Source of the DNA: Erythrobacter sp.
GTDB lineage: Bacteria > Pseudomonadota > Alphaproteobacteria > Sphingomonadales > Sphingomonadaceae
Length of the DNA stretch: 64,000 nt
Direction of reading: 5' to 3'
NCBI GenBank assembly: GCA_020629385.1
Contig: JAHDDJ010000001.1
Coordinates: 5,797-69,796, forward strand
Positions 48,233-58,496 of this stretch are shown here, piece after piece. Position 1 is the stretch's first letter. Every line of letters begins with the position of its first letter. The position numbers and the translations under genes were made by a program. The notes below the pieces were generated by a model that was not told the DNA's origin, made no database searches, and was given only the letters and a program-made list of their open reading frames with translations.

Positions 48233-49465
48233 TTAGAAGCCTTCTGCAGCCAAGCGCGACGCACGCCGCTTACGCTGCCTCCTGCTGCGCCCGCTCTGGC
48301 GAATTGATTTCAGCCCTACCTCAGAGGCAATCAGTAACACCAGCCAGGGCCCCAGGCTATTGGTAGCCGCTTTCGCCGTACCAATGACTACCAACGTCAG
48401 TATGGCATTGTTGATGCCCAGTAGCTTCGTCGTTCCCCACAACACCACCAGCAGCCCGAACACAGCCAGTATGCCACCTCGAAAAACAAGATTAGGACCG
48501 AAGCCCAGGTCATCAAAATGACAATCGTCACACAACTCGTTCGCATGCCCGAATCCAAGCACCTTAGTGACTGTTGGCAGCTGGTTGTATTCAGCTAATG
48601 CGATGCCGCGCCACTCCTGCTCTTCTTCATTGGTTTCAGTGACGTAACGCGCTTCAAGATAATCGTCTACGCCGAACGCTCCAAATCCAACAGCACCTAC
48701 AGCGGCTAGTACAGTAACGAGTGCAAAGGAACGCGCTCGACCTGCGCCTATGGCATCAAAACCAATCCAAACGGCAAATACCCCAAAGTAGATAACGGCT
48801 GCTGTGGAATAGGTTGGTAATAGGCTTGCAATGGCTGCCCATTCCACCACACCAAACCGGCCCAGCAACAGCCGCACCGCAACGATCATCATGGCAACCC
48901 AGGTGGCGTAAGTGCCTGGTTCGATGTGGAAGCCTGAATTTCGGATAAAGCCACCAAAGGTTTCCATACCGGACCGACCTTCTGACACCGGGAAGATCAT
49001 TTGATGAATATCGATATCGCTGCCTTGCAACGTGGTTAGCGCCGTTTGACTCACAAGCGCAACGATGTTGACTACCAAAGCGATTCTCAGGCCCAACACA
49101 AAAGCTGCGGTTTTTGAAACTGCGACTCGCGCTAAAAACGCACACGCAATCAGCCCTACCCACTCGGCTAACAACTGTAATGGCGGTGCCGGTACAACCA
49201 CCGTTAAATGCAGTAACACCGCCAGCAACAAAACGAATGCGGGGCGAATTTGCCGGATGGGTTTTACAACGATCAGCGGGGCGACGAGAACGACAGCTGC
49301 AATAGCTGCAAAGCGCGGAAGCAATACAGAAATGTAGCTGCCTTCACTTTCAAACGGTGTGAATATGACCAACAGCGCGATGGCCAGGATTAGCCCTTGA
49401 ACACCGGTGACGAGCGGACTGATGACCGCATCAGCGGCCCTTTGATCTGATGTGCGAATTGCCAA
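48233..49465 (-). CDS. Wzy-like polysaccharide polymerase (polytopic membrane protein)
   Basis: About 11 TM segments with R-x-x-GF-x-x-EP (RNSGFHIEPG), ST and LGFG. TTG start at 49465 has GGGAG upstream. Arg-rich tail. Confidence 0.65.
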   Translation of the reverse strand: MAIRTSDQRAADAVISPLVTGVQGLILAIALLVIFTPFESEGSYISVLLPRFAAIAAVVLVAPLIVVKPIRQIRPAFVLLLAVLLHLTVVVPAPPLQLLAEWVGLIACAFLARVAVSKTAAFVLGLRIALVVNIVALVSQTALTTLQGSDIDIHQMIFPVSEGRSGMETFGGFIRNSGFHIEPGTYATWVAMMIVAVRLLLGRFGVVEWAAIASLLPTYSTAAVIYFGVFAVWIGFDAIGAGRARSFALVTVLAAVGAVGFGAFGVDDYLEARYVTETNEEEQEWRGIALAEYNQLPTVTKVLGFGHANELCDDCHFDDLGFGPNLVFRGGILAVFGLLVVLWGTTKLLGINNAILTLVVIGTAKAATNSLGPWLVLLIASEVGLKSIRQSGRSRRQRKRRASRLAAEGF

Positions 49466-49484
49466 TGTTTGCTCCCTTAAACGA

Positions 49485-50192
49485 TTAGCCGGTCGGTTTC
49501 TCCAACCACACAACCTGGTGTGTCTTTAGCCACGGGACCACAGTGAGAACTGTGTACCAAAACGGTGAGTATCTGCACACTCTTCGACTGATCGGTGGCG
49601 CCAGCGTAACACGACGCACGCGAAAATTTGCTTCTGGGAAAAGGGTTTTTACCCTTGTCAGTGGAACACCTCGAACATCAGGATTTTTGGGATTATTGAC
49701 AGTGAAGTCATACCAGAGAATAGCCCCGCCGGGAACCAGTAAATCCCACATTCGACTGGCTAAACGCACTTGAAAATCATCGTCCAGTATGGACGAGAAG
49801 ACGGTTGACTGGATAATCAAGTCGAACTGGTTTTCACCGTATTCGGTTTCACAAGCATCCCCGGCAATCAGTGTTGTAGCGACGGGTAGTACTGACCTGG
49901 CCTGCGCCACGAGCGAGTCCTGAAGTTCAACCCCCATTATATTCTCTGGCCTTGCCCCTAACTGGACCATCTCTGCCAAATTCGCGCCGGCGCCGCAGCC
50001 TACTTCTAATATCGATATTTCCGACAGGTCGCGCCAATTTGCCCGCTTAAGCAGTGAAAGGATCGCCCTCTGCCGTTCCTGCAACCCCATGTACACGGAA
50101 GGCTGCAACGGGTGGTACCAACTTGCTTGCACTGATGTTCGACGGCCGTACCTTTCGTGTATCCGTTCGATTTCAGTGGTTGGCTTACTCAT
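49485..50192 (-). CDS. Class I SAM-dependent methyltransferase
   Basis: [22 protein letters not shown] and LVPGG..WYDF. Confidence 0.9.
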   Translation of the reverse strand: MSKPTTEIERIHERYGRRTSVQASWYHPLQPSVYMGLQERQRAILSLLKRANWRDLSEISILEVGCGAGANLAEMVQLGARPENIMGVELQDSLVAQARSVLPVATTLIAGDACETEYGENQFDLIIQSTVFSSILDDDFQVRLASRMWDLLVPGGAILWYDFTVNNPKNPDVRGVPLTRVKTLFPEANFRVRRVTLAPPISRRVCRYSPFWYTVLTVVPWLKTHQVVWLEKPTG

Positions 50193-50787
50193 ACAGTCGG
50201 CATTTTACAGAGCCCGCTTCGTGCAGCAATTGGTATGTCTCTCCTGTGTGAGGGCATTTGGCCACGTTTTGGCCGTTGAATTCAACAAAGTGGAGTTGCT
50301 CACCGAAGCGGCTCATCCACCCAACCTGCTTAGCAGGCACACCCACCATCAGAGCGAAATCAGGCACGGTTTCCGTTACAACCGCTCCCGCGCCGATAAA
50401 CGCATAAGCGCCGATTGTCACACCACAAACAATGGTGGCATTCGCACCGATGGAAGCGCCGCGTTGCACATGCGTGTGTAGATACTCAGACTTTCTGGAC
50501 ACCGCCGAGCGCGGGTTGTACACATTTGTGAACACCATGCTTGGCCCGCAGAAAACATCATCTTCAAGTGATACACGGTCGTACACCGATACATTATTCT
50601 GAATTTTTACGTTGTTACCGATCTGGACCTCATTACCCACATAAACGTTTTGCCCTAAGGAGCATCGTTCACCGATGACAGCACCAGAGCAAACGTGAGA
50701 AAAATGCCAAATACGCGTTTGCGCACCGATCGTCGCGCCTTCATCAATGACCGCACTGGCGTGTGCGGTATAACCTATATCAATCAT
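50185..50787 (-). CDS. wbpD: UDP-2-acetamido-3-amino-2,3-dideoxy-glucuronate N-acetyltransferase
   Basis: Hexapeptide repeats with [33 protein letters not shown] and C-terminal CPHTG, characteristic of WbpD/WlbB. Confidence 0.88.
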   Translation of the reverse strand: MIDIGYTAHASAVIDEGATIGAQTRIWHFSHVCSGAVIGERCSLGQNVYVGNEVQIGNNVKIQNNVSVYDRVSLEDDVFCGPSMVFTNVYNPRSAVSRKSEYLHTHVQRGASIGANATIVCGVTIGAYAFIGAGAVVTETVPDFALMVGVPAKQVGWMSRFGEQLHFVEFNGQNVAKCPHTGETYQLLHEAGSVKCRLYE

Positions 50788-51739
50788 CGGTTAGCTTGCT
50801 CAGCAACGGATGCGCACAACTTGAGTTAGTAGTTATCGGAAGATTCCGCAAATTCGCAACCGTTTCTATCGCCACGCGATTGTCTTCCAAACCGTAGCCA
50901 TCGCCATTTAAAATCGCCGCGTAGCTCTTTGTGTGCAGATCTGTAAATCCACCGGAGAATTCAAATTCGTTTTCCCCAATAGAGATGTTGCGGAATGTGC
51001 GTTGGCCAGCCTGTATCGCAGAATCGGGGAGGTTTTGCGCGTCGATAGACAAACACCAGCGTACCCGCGCGTGCTGATACTCAAGATACCCACAACTGGT
51101 TTTATGGTCACGATAATGCAGCTCGCTGTGTTGTAAATCACCAAACACAAAGTGCAGCATGTCGTAAAAATGCACACCGATATTGGTGGCAATACCGCCA
51201 CTTTTCGATTCATCACCCTTCCATGAAGTGTGATACCAACGGCCTCTTGAAGTGATATAGGTTAAATCAACGTCGTATTTCGTTGATGCATTCGCTTGCA
51301 CCTTCTCTTTTAACGCCAGCACCGATTCGTGGTGGCGAAGCTGCAGTATGGTGAATACGCGCTTACCCGTTTCCCGTTCCATTTCTTGTAAGCCATCGAT
51401 ATTCCACGGGTTCAATACAATCGGTTTCTCACAAATGACATCCGCCCCCGACCTCAAACCAAACCGCGCATGCGAATCGTGCAAGTAATTGGGTGAGCAC
51501 ACACTTAGATAATCGATGGGCTCCTGCTTACGACGCAGCATATCGATGTGGCGATCGAAGCGTTCGAATTCTGTAAAGAATCGTGCGGACGGAAAATAGC
51601 TATCAATGATTCCAACAGAATCGTTCGGGTCTAACGCTGCAACAATCTGGTTGCCGGTATTCGCTACCGATTCCATGTGCCGGGGTGCTATGTATCCAGC
51701 GGCACCAATTAGCGCGAATGTTTTTTCTCCATTATCCAT
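50780..51739 (-). CDS. wbpB: UDP-GlcNAcA 3-dehydrogenase (Gfo/Idh/MocA family)
   Basis: [42 protein letters not shown] and FTDLHT, characteristic of WbpB/WlbA. Confidence 0.9.
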   Translation of the reverse strand: MDNGEKTFALIGAAGYIAPRHMESVANTGNQIVAALDPNDSVGIIDSYFPSARFFTEFERFDRHIDMLRRKQEPIDYLSVCSPNYLHDSHARFGLRSGADVICEKPIVLNPWNIDGLQEMERETGKRVFTILQLRHHESVLALKEKVQANASTKYDVDLTYITSRGRWYHTSWKGDESKSGGIATNIGVHFYDMLHFVFGDLQHSELHYRDHKTSCGYLEYQHARVRWCLSIDAQNLPDSAIQAGQRTFRNISIGENEFEFSGGFTDLHTKSYAAILNGDGYGLEDNRVAIETVANLRNLPITTNSSCAHPLLSKLTDD

Positions 51740-51784
51740 AACGATTTTGCATCCATTCGAATTAAAAATATCTATTCTTTTACG

Positions 51785-52441
51785 CTAGCTACACGGGGCG
51801 TTTGTCGGCTTACCGTCTTTACTGATTGGGCTGCTCTCACCACTCTTGGAACCCATAAATTCCGCACTGGTAGCTTCGCCACTGGATGTTATCCCCTCTC
51901 GTTTAAACACTTTCACTAGCGTTAGCGCAAGGATTTTCAGGTCCAGTGTAAAACTTTGATTGTTAACGTACCAAACATCAAGATCAAATTTACGTTCCCA
52001 GCACAGTGCATTACGCCCGTTAACTTGAGCATAACCAGTGATACCCGGACGCACCTCATGACGGCGTGCTTGCTCAGCGTTATAACGTAGAAGGTAACTC
52101 ATTAGCAAAGGTCTTGGACCGACCAAGCTCATATGTCCGACCAGAACGTTATACAGGCTGGGTAGCTCATCCAAGCTACATTTACGCAGGAACCCACCGA
52201 AGGGTGTAAGCCTCTTGCCATCGCTGGCGACGCCTTCTTGCATCTCTTGCACGCTCGGGTTGCGAAGCGTTCGAAACTTAAACAGTGTGAACGGCTGCCC
52301 ATGCAAGCCAGGGCGCTGCTGCCGGAACAAGATCGGGGCACCCAGTAAAATACGAACGGCTAAAGCCAACATAACTAGCAAAGGTGTCAGTAACACCAGC
52401 AGCGAAGCTGATACCAATACATCAAACATGCGCTTCATCAT
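51785..52441 (-). CDS. PglC/WeeH-type phosphoglycosyl transferase
   Basis: KRMFD, FRQQRPG, KFRT, SLDELP, MSLVGPRPL, PGITGYAQVNGRN and FMG. Confidence 0.93.
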   Translation of the reverse strand: MMKRMFDVLVSASLLVLLTPLLVMLALAVRILLGAPILFRQQRPGLHGQPFTLFKFRTLRNPSVQEMQEGVASDGKRLTPFGGFLRKCSLDELPSLYNVLVGHMSLVGPRPLLMSYLLRYNAEQARRHEVRPGITGYAQVNGRNALCWERKFDLDVWYVNNQSFTLDLKILALTLVKVFKREGITSSGEATSAEFMGSKSGESSPISKDGKPTNAPCS

Positions 52442-53619
52442 TGGCGACTGATCTCATCGTTAATTTTTGATAAGGCGTCGCAGGTACGCTGTATTTCTGA
52501 ATCCGTTAGCGTGGGGTGAACAAGGAACATAATGCTACTACTACCTAATGCGTGTGCTACGGACAGTGGCTGCGCAGGTGCACACCCTAATGGTTCAAAC
52601 GCTTTCTCACGATACACTTCCGAACAACTGCCGCTGTAGGCGGGCACCCCGAGAGCCAGCAAACGCTCGATGATAAGGTCCCGCGTCCAGCCTTCGGGTA
52701 ACGTTTCTGGTTCCACAAATACGTAGCACTTGTAGTAGGCCTGCCTGGAACCCGGGCCTGGGGATTCTGGAACTCGAAGCCACTCGTAAGCCTTCACATG
52801 ATCGTGAATTCTTTCAGCGTTTTGTTGCCGTTGTTGCTGCCAGGTGTCAATCTGTTTTAACTGTATACGTCCGATCACCGCTTGCATCTCCAGCATTCGC
52901 CAGTTACTGCCCAAAGTATCGTGAATCCATTTGAATCCAGGATTATCTGCTGGTTTTGCCATAGCCACACGGGATTTACCGTGGTCCTTGAACGCCCACA
53001 TTTTTTCTTCGTACACGGCGGAGTTGGTGGTCACCATGCCGCCCTCACCACCTGTTGTCATAATTTTATCTTGGCAAAATGACCAGGCACCCAAATGGCC
53101 GATGCTGCCAACCGAACGATTTTTATACCGCGCCCCATGTGCTTGTGCACAATCCTCAATGACGACTAAATTATTCTCTGCTGCCAGGTCCATAATAGGG
53201 TCCAGATCAGCTGGGTATCCGCCCAAATGCACCACGATAATCGCCCGGGTTTTCTCGGTGATCAATGGCTCAATGGTCTCAGCGGTAATGGCTTGCGAGT
53301 GCGGGTCGACATCTGCAAACACGGGGGATCCACCGGCTATGGCAATAGAAGACGCCGAGGCCAGGAAAGTGCGCGGGGTAACGATCACCTCATCGCCTTG
53401 CGTTAGGTCAATGGCTCTTAGACACAACTCCAACGCGAGCGTCCCATTTGAAACGGCTACGGCGTATTGCGTTCCCGCGTAACTGGCAAATTCACGTTCG
53501 AACGCTCGGACATGCTCACCTGTCCATTGATTTACGCGGTTGCTCAGTAAGACGTCGCGCACCGCGTTGGCTTCTTCGTCGGAGAAACTCGGCCAAGGTG
53601 AAAAAGGTGTGTTCAGCAT
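52438..53619 (-). CDS. DegT-family aminotransferase (WeeJ/PglE-like)
   Basis: Start MLNTPFSPWPSF. Motifs EDCAQAHGA, WSFCQDKIMTTGGEGG and GSCSEVY. Confidence 0.9.
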   Translation of the reverse strand: MLNTPFSPWPSFSDEEANAVRDVLLSNRVNQWTGEHVRAFEREFASYAGTQYAVAVSNGTLALELCLRAIDLTQGDEVIVTPRTFLASASSIAIAGGSPVFADVDPHSQAITAETIEPLITEKTRAIIVVHLGGYPADLDPIMDLAAENNLVVIEDCAQAHGARYKNRSVGSIGHLGAWSFCQDKIMTTGGEGGMVTTNSAVYEEKMWAFKDHGKSRVAMAKPADNPGFKWIHDTLGSNWRMLEMQAVIGRIQLKQIDTWQQQRQQNAERIHDHVKAYEWLRVPESPGPGSRQAYYKCYVFVEPETLPEGWTRDLIIERLLALGVPAYSGSCSEVYREKAFEPLGCAPAQPLSVAHALGSSSIMFLVHPTLTDSEIQRTCDALSKINDEISRQ

Positions 53620-53647
53620 ATTCTGCCACCCGTAGTAATGGTGCGCA

Positions 53648-54283
53648 CTATGTATTCCCGTTTCTTGTTTGTGGCTTCGCAGGGCACCCCACAGCAAGAC
53701 TATTAGACGGTAAATCGCTGACTACCACTGCGCCTGCGCCCACCACAGTGTTGGTACCGATTACCACACCGTCCCGAACACAAGCGCCCACACCGATCCA
53801 TGAGCGTTCCCCCACTTTAACCCTTCCCGCAAGGGTAACGCCGGGGCAAAGGTGAACACCTGCCCCCAAACGACAATGGTGATCGGCAATAGCGCCGGTG
53901 TTAATGATAACCGCTTCCCCAGTGACACTGCCGGCATTTAGGATTGCACCGGCGCAAACCACCGACCCCGCTCCCAACGCAACGTCGCCTGCCAATACGG
54001 CGGCGGGGTGTACAACTGTGACGAGCTGCGCACCGCGTTCGGCAAGCTGATTACCTAACGCCAGGCGCACATCAGCGGAACCTATTGCCACTATAAGGTG
54101 TGACCCGTTTGACTGATTTACCGCATTAGCCAAATTCCCACCAAAGACGGTATTCGATGGCAGCCGTTCAGGAGTGGCGTCGTCGTAGACGGTTATTGTG
54201 TCCCACTTAGCCATCAAGTGCGCTGCATCGCAAACGACCGCTGCATGACCACCAGCACCAAGCACGTGTAAGTCAGGTCTCAC
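53648..54283 (-). CDS. PglD/NeuD-like hexapeptide acetyltransferase
   Basis: GAGGHA, VAIGS...R, HPAA, INTGAIADHHC and hexapeptide repeats. GTG start at 54283 has GGGAGG upstream. Confidence 0.9.
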   Translation of the reverse strand: MRPDLHVLGAGGHAAVVCDAAHLMAKWDTITVYDDATPERLPSNTVFGGNLANAVNQSNGSHLIVAIGSADVRLALGNQLAERGAQLVTVVHPAAVLAGDVALGAGSVVCAGAILNAGSVTGEAVIINTGAIADHHCRLGAGVHLCPGVTLAGRVKVGERSWIGVGACVRDGVVIGTNTVVGAGAVVVSDLPSNSLAVGCPAKPQTRNGNT

Positions 54284-55514
54284 TTCCAGCCTCCCTGTTA
54301 ACTTGCTCCAACGCATCAACGAATTGAGCTACCAGGTCTTGGCGGTTGAATTGCTCTTTTGCCACTCTATGAGCGTTCATCGATTGTTGGATAAGTTCTT
54401 GCGGGTTATTCGACATGGCTATCAATGCATCCGCGAAAGACTCAGGGTCATCTGGTTTTACAACTCGTCCTAAATTTTCTGCTTCGATAATGCCTGCTAC
54501 CCAACCGGGATAATTGTTCAGTACCGGCTTACCGTTGGCCAAAAAATCGAAGAATTTGTTGGGTGATGTGCCGAAATAAAACGCGGGAACATTGGCCAGC
54601 ACCATCAACCCAACGTCGGCGCGTTTTAAATAACCGGCCAATACAGGCTTGGCCACCGGATCAATGAACAAGCACTGAGAGAGCTCTTGTGTTCTGGCTC
54701 GGGCCATAAGTGCCGGTTTGTCCCGCCCTGTACCGACAAACACAAATTTGATTCTTGAATTACCGCGTTTTTTTAATTCAAACGCAGTGTCCAGAACGGC
54801 ATCCAGGCCATTGGCTGGCCCATGGGCACCAGGAAAAATGGCTACAAAATCGTCATCGGTCACGCCGGGAATATTCGTTCCTGAAGACGTATTCCCATCT
54901 GCGAATAGTTCCGTGTCACACCCGTTGGGGATCATTTTTACCGGTGTGTTCGCCGCTGCTCTGCGTTGAATTCCGTCAACCATCCCGGGAGATAAGCCGA
55001 TGCAGAGTGAAGCACTTCGATAGGCTGCCCATTCCAGCGCTGACAAACTGGCAAGTATCAACGGATTCTTGATCACACCCATGGCCCTGGGAAGTTCCGG
55101 CCAAAGATCTCTAACCTCAAATACGAAGGGTTTCCGTCGAAAAACAGACGCAAAAATTCCGGGTATGGCCGCCGTTAGCGGCGTTGAAGTGGCGAATAGC
55201 ACATCGTACTTATCGGTCATTGCCAGCTTTACACTGCGTGCGGCAAACTGCAAAAACAAACCACTACGCTTTAGCAACCCATCAGAATTCTTGTAGGGTA
55301 TTTCGAATTCGATAACGTGAATACCATCGACCACACCGGTCCTTTTACCCGTTTGGTAGTGGCCTGTTAGGCCGGTGTTCGCTACTTGAAAACTTCCACA
55401 CACCATCGTAACCGTATGACCTTGCTGTACCAGTGCGCGCGCCTGCTCATAAGACCGGCTACCAGTTGAACCCTGGGGCGTGGAGAAATGTTGATGAAAA
55501 TACAAAACGTGCAT
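54273..55514 (-). CDS. Glycosyltransferase family 4 (WbuB/WeeG-like)
   Basis: YFHQHF, ATSTPL, FEVRDLWPE and TSPNKFFD. Confidence 0.92.
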   Translation of the reverse strand: MHVLYFHQHFSTPQGSTGSRSYEQARALVQQGHTVTMVCGSFQVANTGLTGHYQTGKRTGVVDGIHVIEFEIPYKNSDGLLKRSGLFLQFAARSVKLAMTDKYDVLFATSTPLTAAIPGIFASVFRRKPFVFEVRDLWPELPRAMGVIKNPLILASLSALEWAAYRSASLCIGLSPGMVDGIQRRAAANTPVKMIPNGCDTELFADGNTSSGTNIPGVTDDDFVAIFPGAHGPANGLDAVLDTAFELKKRGNSRIKFVFVGTGRDKPALMARARTQELSQCLFIDPVAKPVLAGYLKRADVGLMVLANVPAFYFGTSPNKFFDFLANGKPVLNNYPGWVAGIIEAENLGRVVKPDDPESFADALIAMSNNPQELIQQSMNAHRVAKEQFNRQDLVAQFVDALEQVNREAGSET

Positions 55515-55520
55515 AGATGA

Positions 55521-56606
55521 TCACAACGCCTGTATGTGATCTACGATGCGTTCTGCCGCTCGACCATCCCACAGATCTGGAATACCGCCGGTTTTCCATT
55601 CTCCCCTCACCATACGTGGTGTCCAGAGTTTCACGGCATCAATAGAGGTGCCCACAAGTTCGTTGGTGCCTACGCTGACGGTTTCGGGACGCTCGGTACT
55701 GTCACGCAATGTCATGCACGGAATGCCCAGTACGGTGGTTTCCTCAGTAATGCCTCCAGAGTCTGTAATGACGCCCAGCGCATTGCTGACCAAGTGGTTA
55801 AACTCTAAATAACCCAAAGGCGGGATCATATGTAAATTTTGTGCGCTCAGACCACTCTTGGACAATACAGCGGAGGTACGCGGGTGTACGGCGAACACGA
55901 TGGGCGTCGCTTGTGCAGCAGCCGCAATAGCAGTGAGTTTTTCCACTAATAACGTCACATCATCCACGTTAGCGGGTCGATGCATAGTGAGCACGATATA
56001 CCCTCTTGTCTCCAATCCTATTTGTTCCCAGCACTTCGGCTCACGAAAGCGCTTACGATTGGCGAGTAGCGTATCGATCATGGTGTTGCCAACCAGCTTA
56101 ATAGAAGATTTACTTACACCAGCAGCTACCAGGTTGTTATTAGCGACTGCCCCGGTTGTGTAAAACCAATTGCTCACTGAATCGGTAACAATTCGGTTGA
56201 TTTCTTCTGGCATGGTCCAATCGCCAGAGCGTATACCAGCTTCAACATGCGCCACAGAAACAGCCGCTTTCCTTGCCGTTATTGCGCAGGCCATTGTGCT
56301 GGTCACATCGCCCACAACAAGGCAAAGATCAGGTTTCGCGTCAGTCAGAGCTTTTTCATAGCCAACCATGATCGCCGCTGTTTGCTCTGCTTGGGTTCCA
56401 GAGCCAACGCCAAGGTTTATATCAGGTTCCGGTATTCCTAAATCTGCAAAAAAATTCCCAGACATGGCCGCATCATAATGCTGACCCGTATGCACTAGTC
56501 GAAAGTTCAAGCTTGAATCGTTGCTCTGGCGGGATTGTATCTGAGCCAGAATTGGCGCAATTTTCATAAAGTTCGGACGGGCGCCTGCAATGATATCGAG
56601 CAACAT
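55521..56606 (-). CDS. wecB: UDP-N-acetylglucosamine 2-epimerase (non-hydrolysing), WecB/WbpI family
   Basis: GARPNFMK, HTGQHYD, GDVTST, HVEAGIRS, PEEINR, TDSGG.TEE and ERPE. Confidence 0.94.
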   Translation of the reverse strand: MLLDIIAGARPNFMKIAPILAQIQSRQSNDSSLNFRLVHTGQHYDAAMSGNFFADLGIPEPDINLGVGSGTQAEQTAAIMVGYEKALTDAKPDLCLVVGDVTSTMACAITARKAAVSVAHVEAGIRSGDWTMPEEINRIVTDSVSNWFYTTGAVANNNLVAAGVSKSSIKLVGNTMIDTLLANRKRFREPKCWEQIGLETRGYIVLTMHRPANVDDVTLLVEKLTAIAAAAQATPIVFAVHPRTSAVLSKSGLSAQNLHMIPPLGYLEFNHLVSNALGVITDSGGITEETTVLGIPCMTLRDSTERPETVSVGTNELVGTSIDAVKLWTPRMVRGEWKTGGIPDLWDGRAAERIVDHIQAL

Positions 56607-56626
56607 AATGAAACTTTAAGGTGTAG

Positions 56627-58492
56627 TTATGCTGGAATGATACGCGTTTGAATAACGCAAGGCTGAGATACCGGAACCACGATGGAACAGGTTTCACGCG
56701 CATGCCGATAAAAACGTGACTCGCGTACGGTTTCCAGTGTGGGTGTAATAGGAATACCGTCTACTTCAACGTTAATGCTGGCAAGTGGGGAATTAACTTC
56801 AAACCCGTTAATGTGCCACTCTGAAAGACCCAATCGCCAACGCAAGGAGGCCTCTGAAAAATGCCCGCTTATCTCGTCGGTCACAACCCAAGCGTCATTT
56901 GTGCGTTGTACGGTACGGACATGCTGTTCACCACTATTACCAACATACCCACAGGTGACACGGCGTTGTTCTTCATCTTTCTCTAACACCGACGGCTTGA
57001 GCCATGCACCAAAAAGAAAACGCGATAATCGAGGCATTTGATTGCGTTTGTCGAAGCACACCGTATTGTGTGCTGATGTTCCTGCAAACTCATCTAACGA
57101 AGCGTTATCCAGGTTATAAGCATAAGTACCTGCATCTGGGCAAATATTTACTCCATTACTCCAAATATCTACATGCAGTGCATCCGGCTGCGACGGTCGA
57201 AAACGATAACCGGGTAACCTGAATAATGCCCAATCATCATCATCGCCCAGGCGTATAAATCCTTCTGCTTCTTTTACGAAGTTACTACCGCACCGGGAAC
57301 CTTCGCCGCCTATCGAACTTCCAGTGGAAATTTCATCTTCAAAGGCGTACATCAATGCGTGACGTTCCGTATTTGAGCCTGCCGAACGAGAACAGAACAC
57401 CGTCTCGGCAAGCTCAGCACTCACACGAAAATTGCGGTAATGATGCCCAGCCGCATTAAACAGATGTGCACCGTCGTTCGCGCCAACGTTTGGTGCATCT
57501 CCACTGCGTTTGTCGACAAACAGATTTAACCAGTCAGTTGCCGCCACCATACTTCGATAGAATTGATCTGAGAACAGAGTATGATTAAAACGACGTCGAC
57601 ACAGCTCTGCATAGACTACTGTGTCCAGCATCATACGATGGTAAACGATCGAATATTGAGAAAAGGTACCGTCGGGCGATATCAACTTATCCACCCGGTT
57701 TTCCAGCAGCTTTCTACCCACCTTAGCTGATCGATTCGCTAACTTACTGTGGGTACCGTTGCCCCCTAAACCCGCCAACCATAGCCCACCCACGTAAAGG
57801 GCGACGGCTTCAGACGTACCGTGGTTATTGTCTTGAGCCTTCGCATAGTGCGTAGTAGGCAGAATACGTTCAAGATGCGGAATTAGAAAGGCACGCCATG
57901 ATTCATTGGTGGCTAGCGAAACGTTACAACTGCCAAACAACTGATTAGCAAATAGTGCATGCATGACACGGATGGATGCCTCTTGTGCACACTTCCAGTT
58001 TGGTCCGTGATTTGGTGGGTTGTTTACGCACCAATCATTGAGTAATGCCAGGGCTTGCTGTTCTGATAACTCGTCAGGTTTTTCACATGAAGTTACCCCT
58101 CTCCAGCAGGCGTCAAGTACTGCTTGCAAGCGAGACCATTCCCAAACGCATTTGATATCACCAACTTCCTGATTAAAGTCAGGTGTTATGCTCCAGTGCC
58201 CATCTAAACCAGATGCCTTTTTTTTCTCAAGATTATTGGCATGCCAGTCAATACCTTCTGACAACGGTTGTGGGTACCAGCCGAAAAGCAAAGCCTGCTC
58301 GTTTTTGAAGGGCCATTTGCTTTCGTTTTCGTATGAAAACGCGGAGTTGCCACTGGGCGCAGCCCATTTGGACTCAGGCAATCGACGGCGAAACCAGCCC
58401 AGCTTTACCTGGGCGCGATACAAAGCGACGTTGCATAAACTAACGATACCCAAGCGCCAAAAGGTTAAGACTTTACTGTTCCAAGACACCAC
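56627..58492 (-). CDS. Heparinase II/III family protein (WeeF-like)
   Basis: DIKCVWEWSR, QDNNH, QYSIVYHR, GANDG, DALH, DAGTYAY and AHNTV. Confidence 0.87.
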   Translation of the reverse strand: MVSWNSKVLTFWRLGIVSLCNVALYRAQVKLGWFRRRLPESKWAAPSGNSAFSYENESKWPFKNEQALLFGWYPQPLSEGIDWHANNLEKKKASGLDGHWSITPDFNQEVGDIKCVWEWSRLQAVLDACWRGVTSCEKPDELSEQQALALLNDWCVNNPPNHGPNWKCAQEASIRVMHALFANQLFGSCNVSLATNESWRAFLIPHLERILPTTHYAKAQDNNHGTSEAVALYVGGLWLAGLGGNGTHSKLANRSAKVGRKLLENRVDKLISPDGTFSQYSIVYHRMMLDTVVYAELCRRRFNHTLFSDQFYRSMVAATDWLNLFVDKRSGDAPNVGANDGAHLFNAAGHHYRNFRVSAELAETVFCSRSAGSNTERHALMYAFEDEISTGSSIGGEGSRCGSNFVKEAEGFIRLGDDDDWALFRLPGYRFRPSQPDALHVDIWSNGVNICPDAGTYAYNLDNASLDEFAGTSAHNTVCFDKRNQMPRLSRFLFGAWLKPSVLEKDEEQRRVTCGYVGNSGEQHVRTVQRTNDAWVVTDEISGHFSEASLRWRLGLSEWHINGFEVNSPLASINVEVDGIPITPTLETVRESRFYRHARETCSIVVPVSQPCVIQTRIIPA

Positions 58493-58496
58493 CAGA

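Noticed and set aside
52931-53482. 183-aa antisense ORF within the DegT gene, and the many similar 60-135 aa overlapping ORFs
   Set aside because: They lie antisense or out of frame within confident CDS and show no recognisable features.
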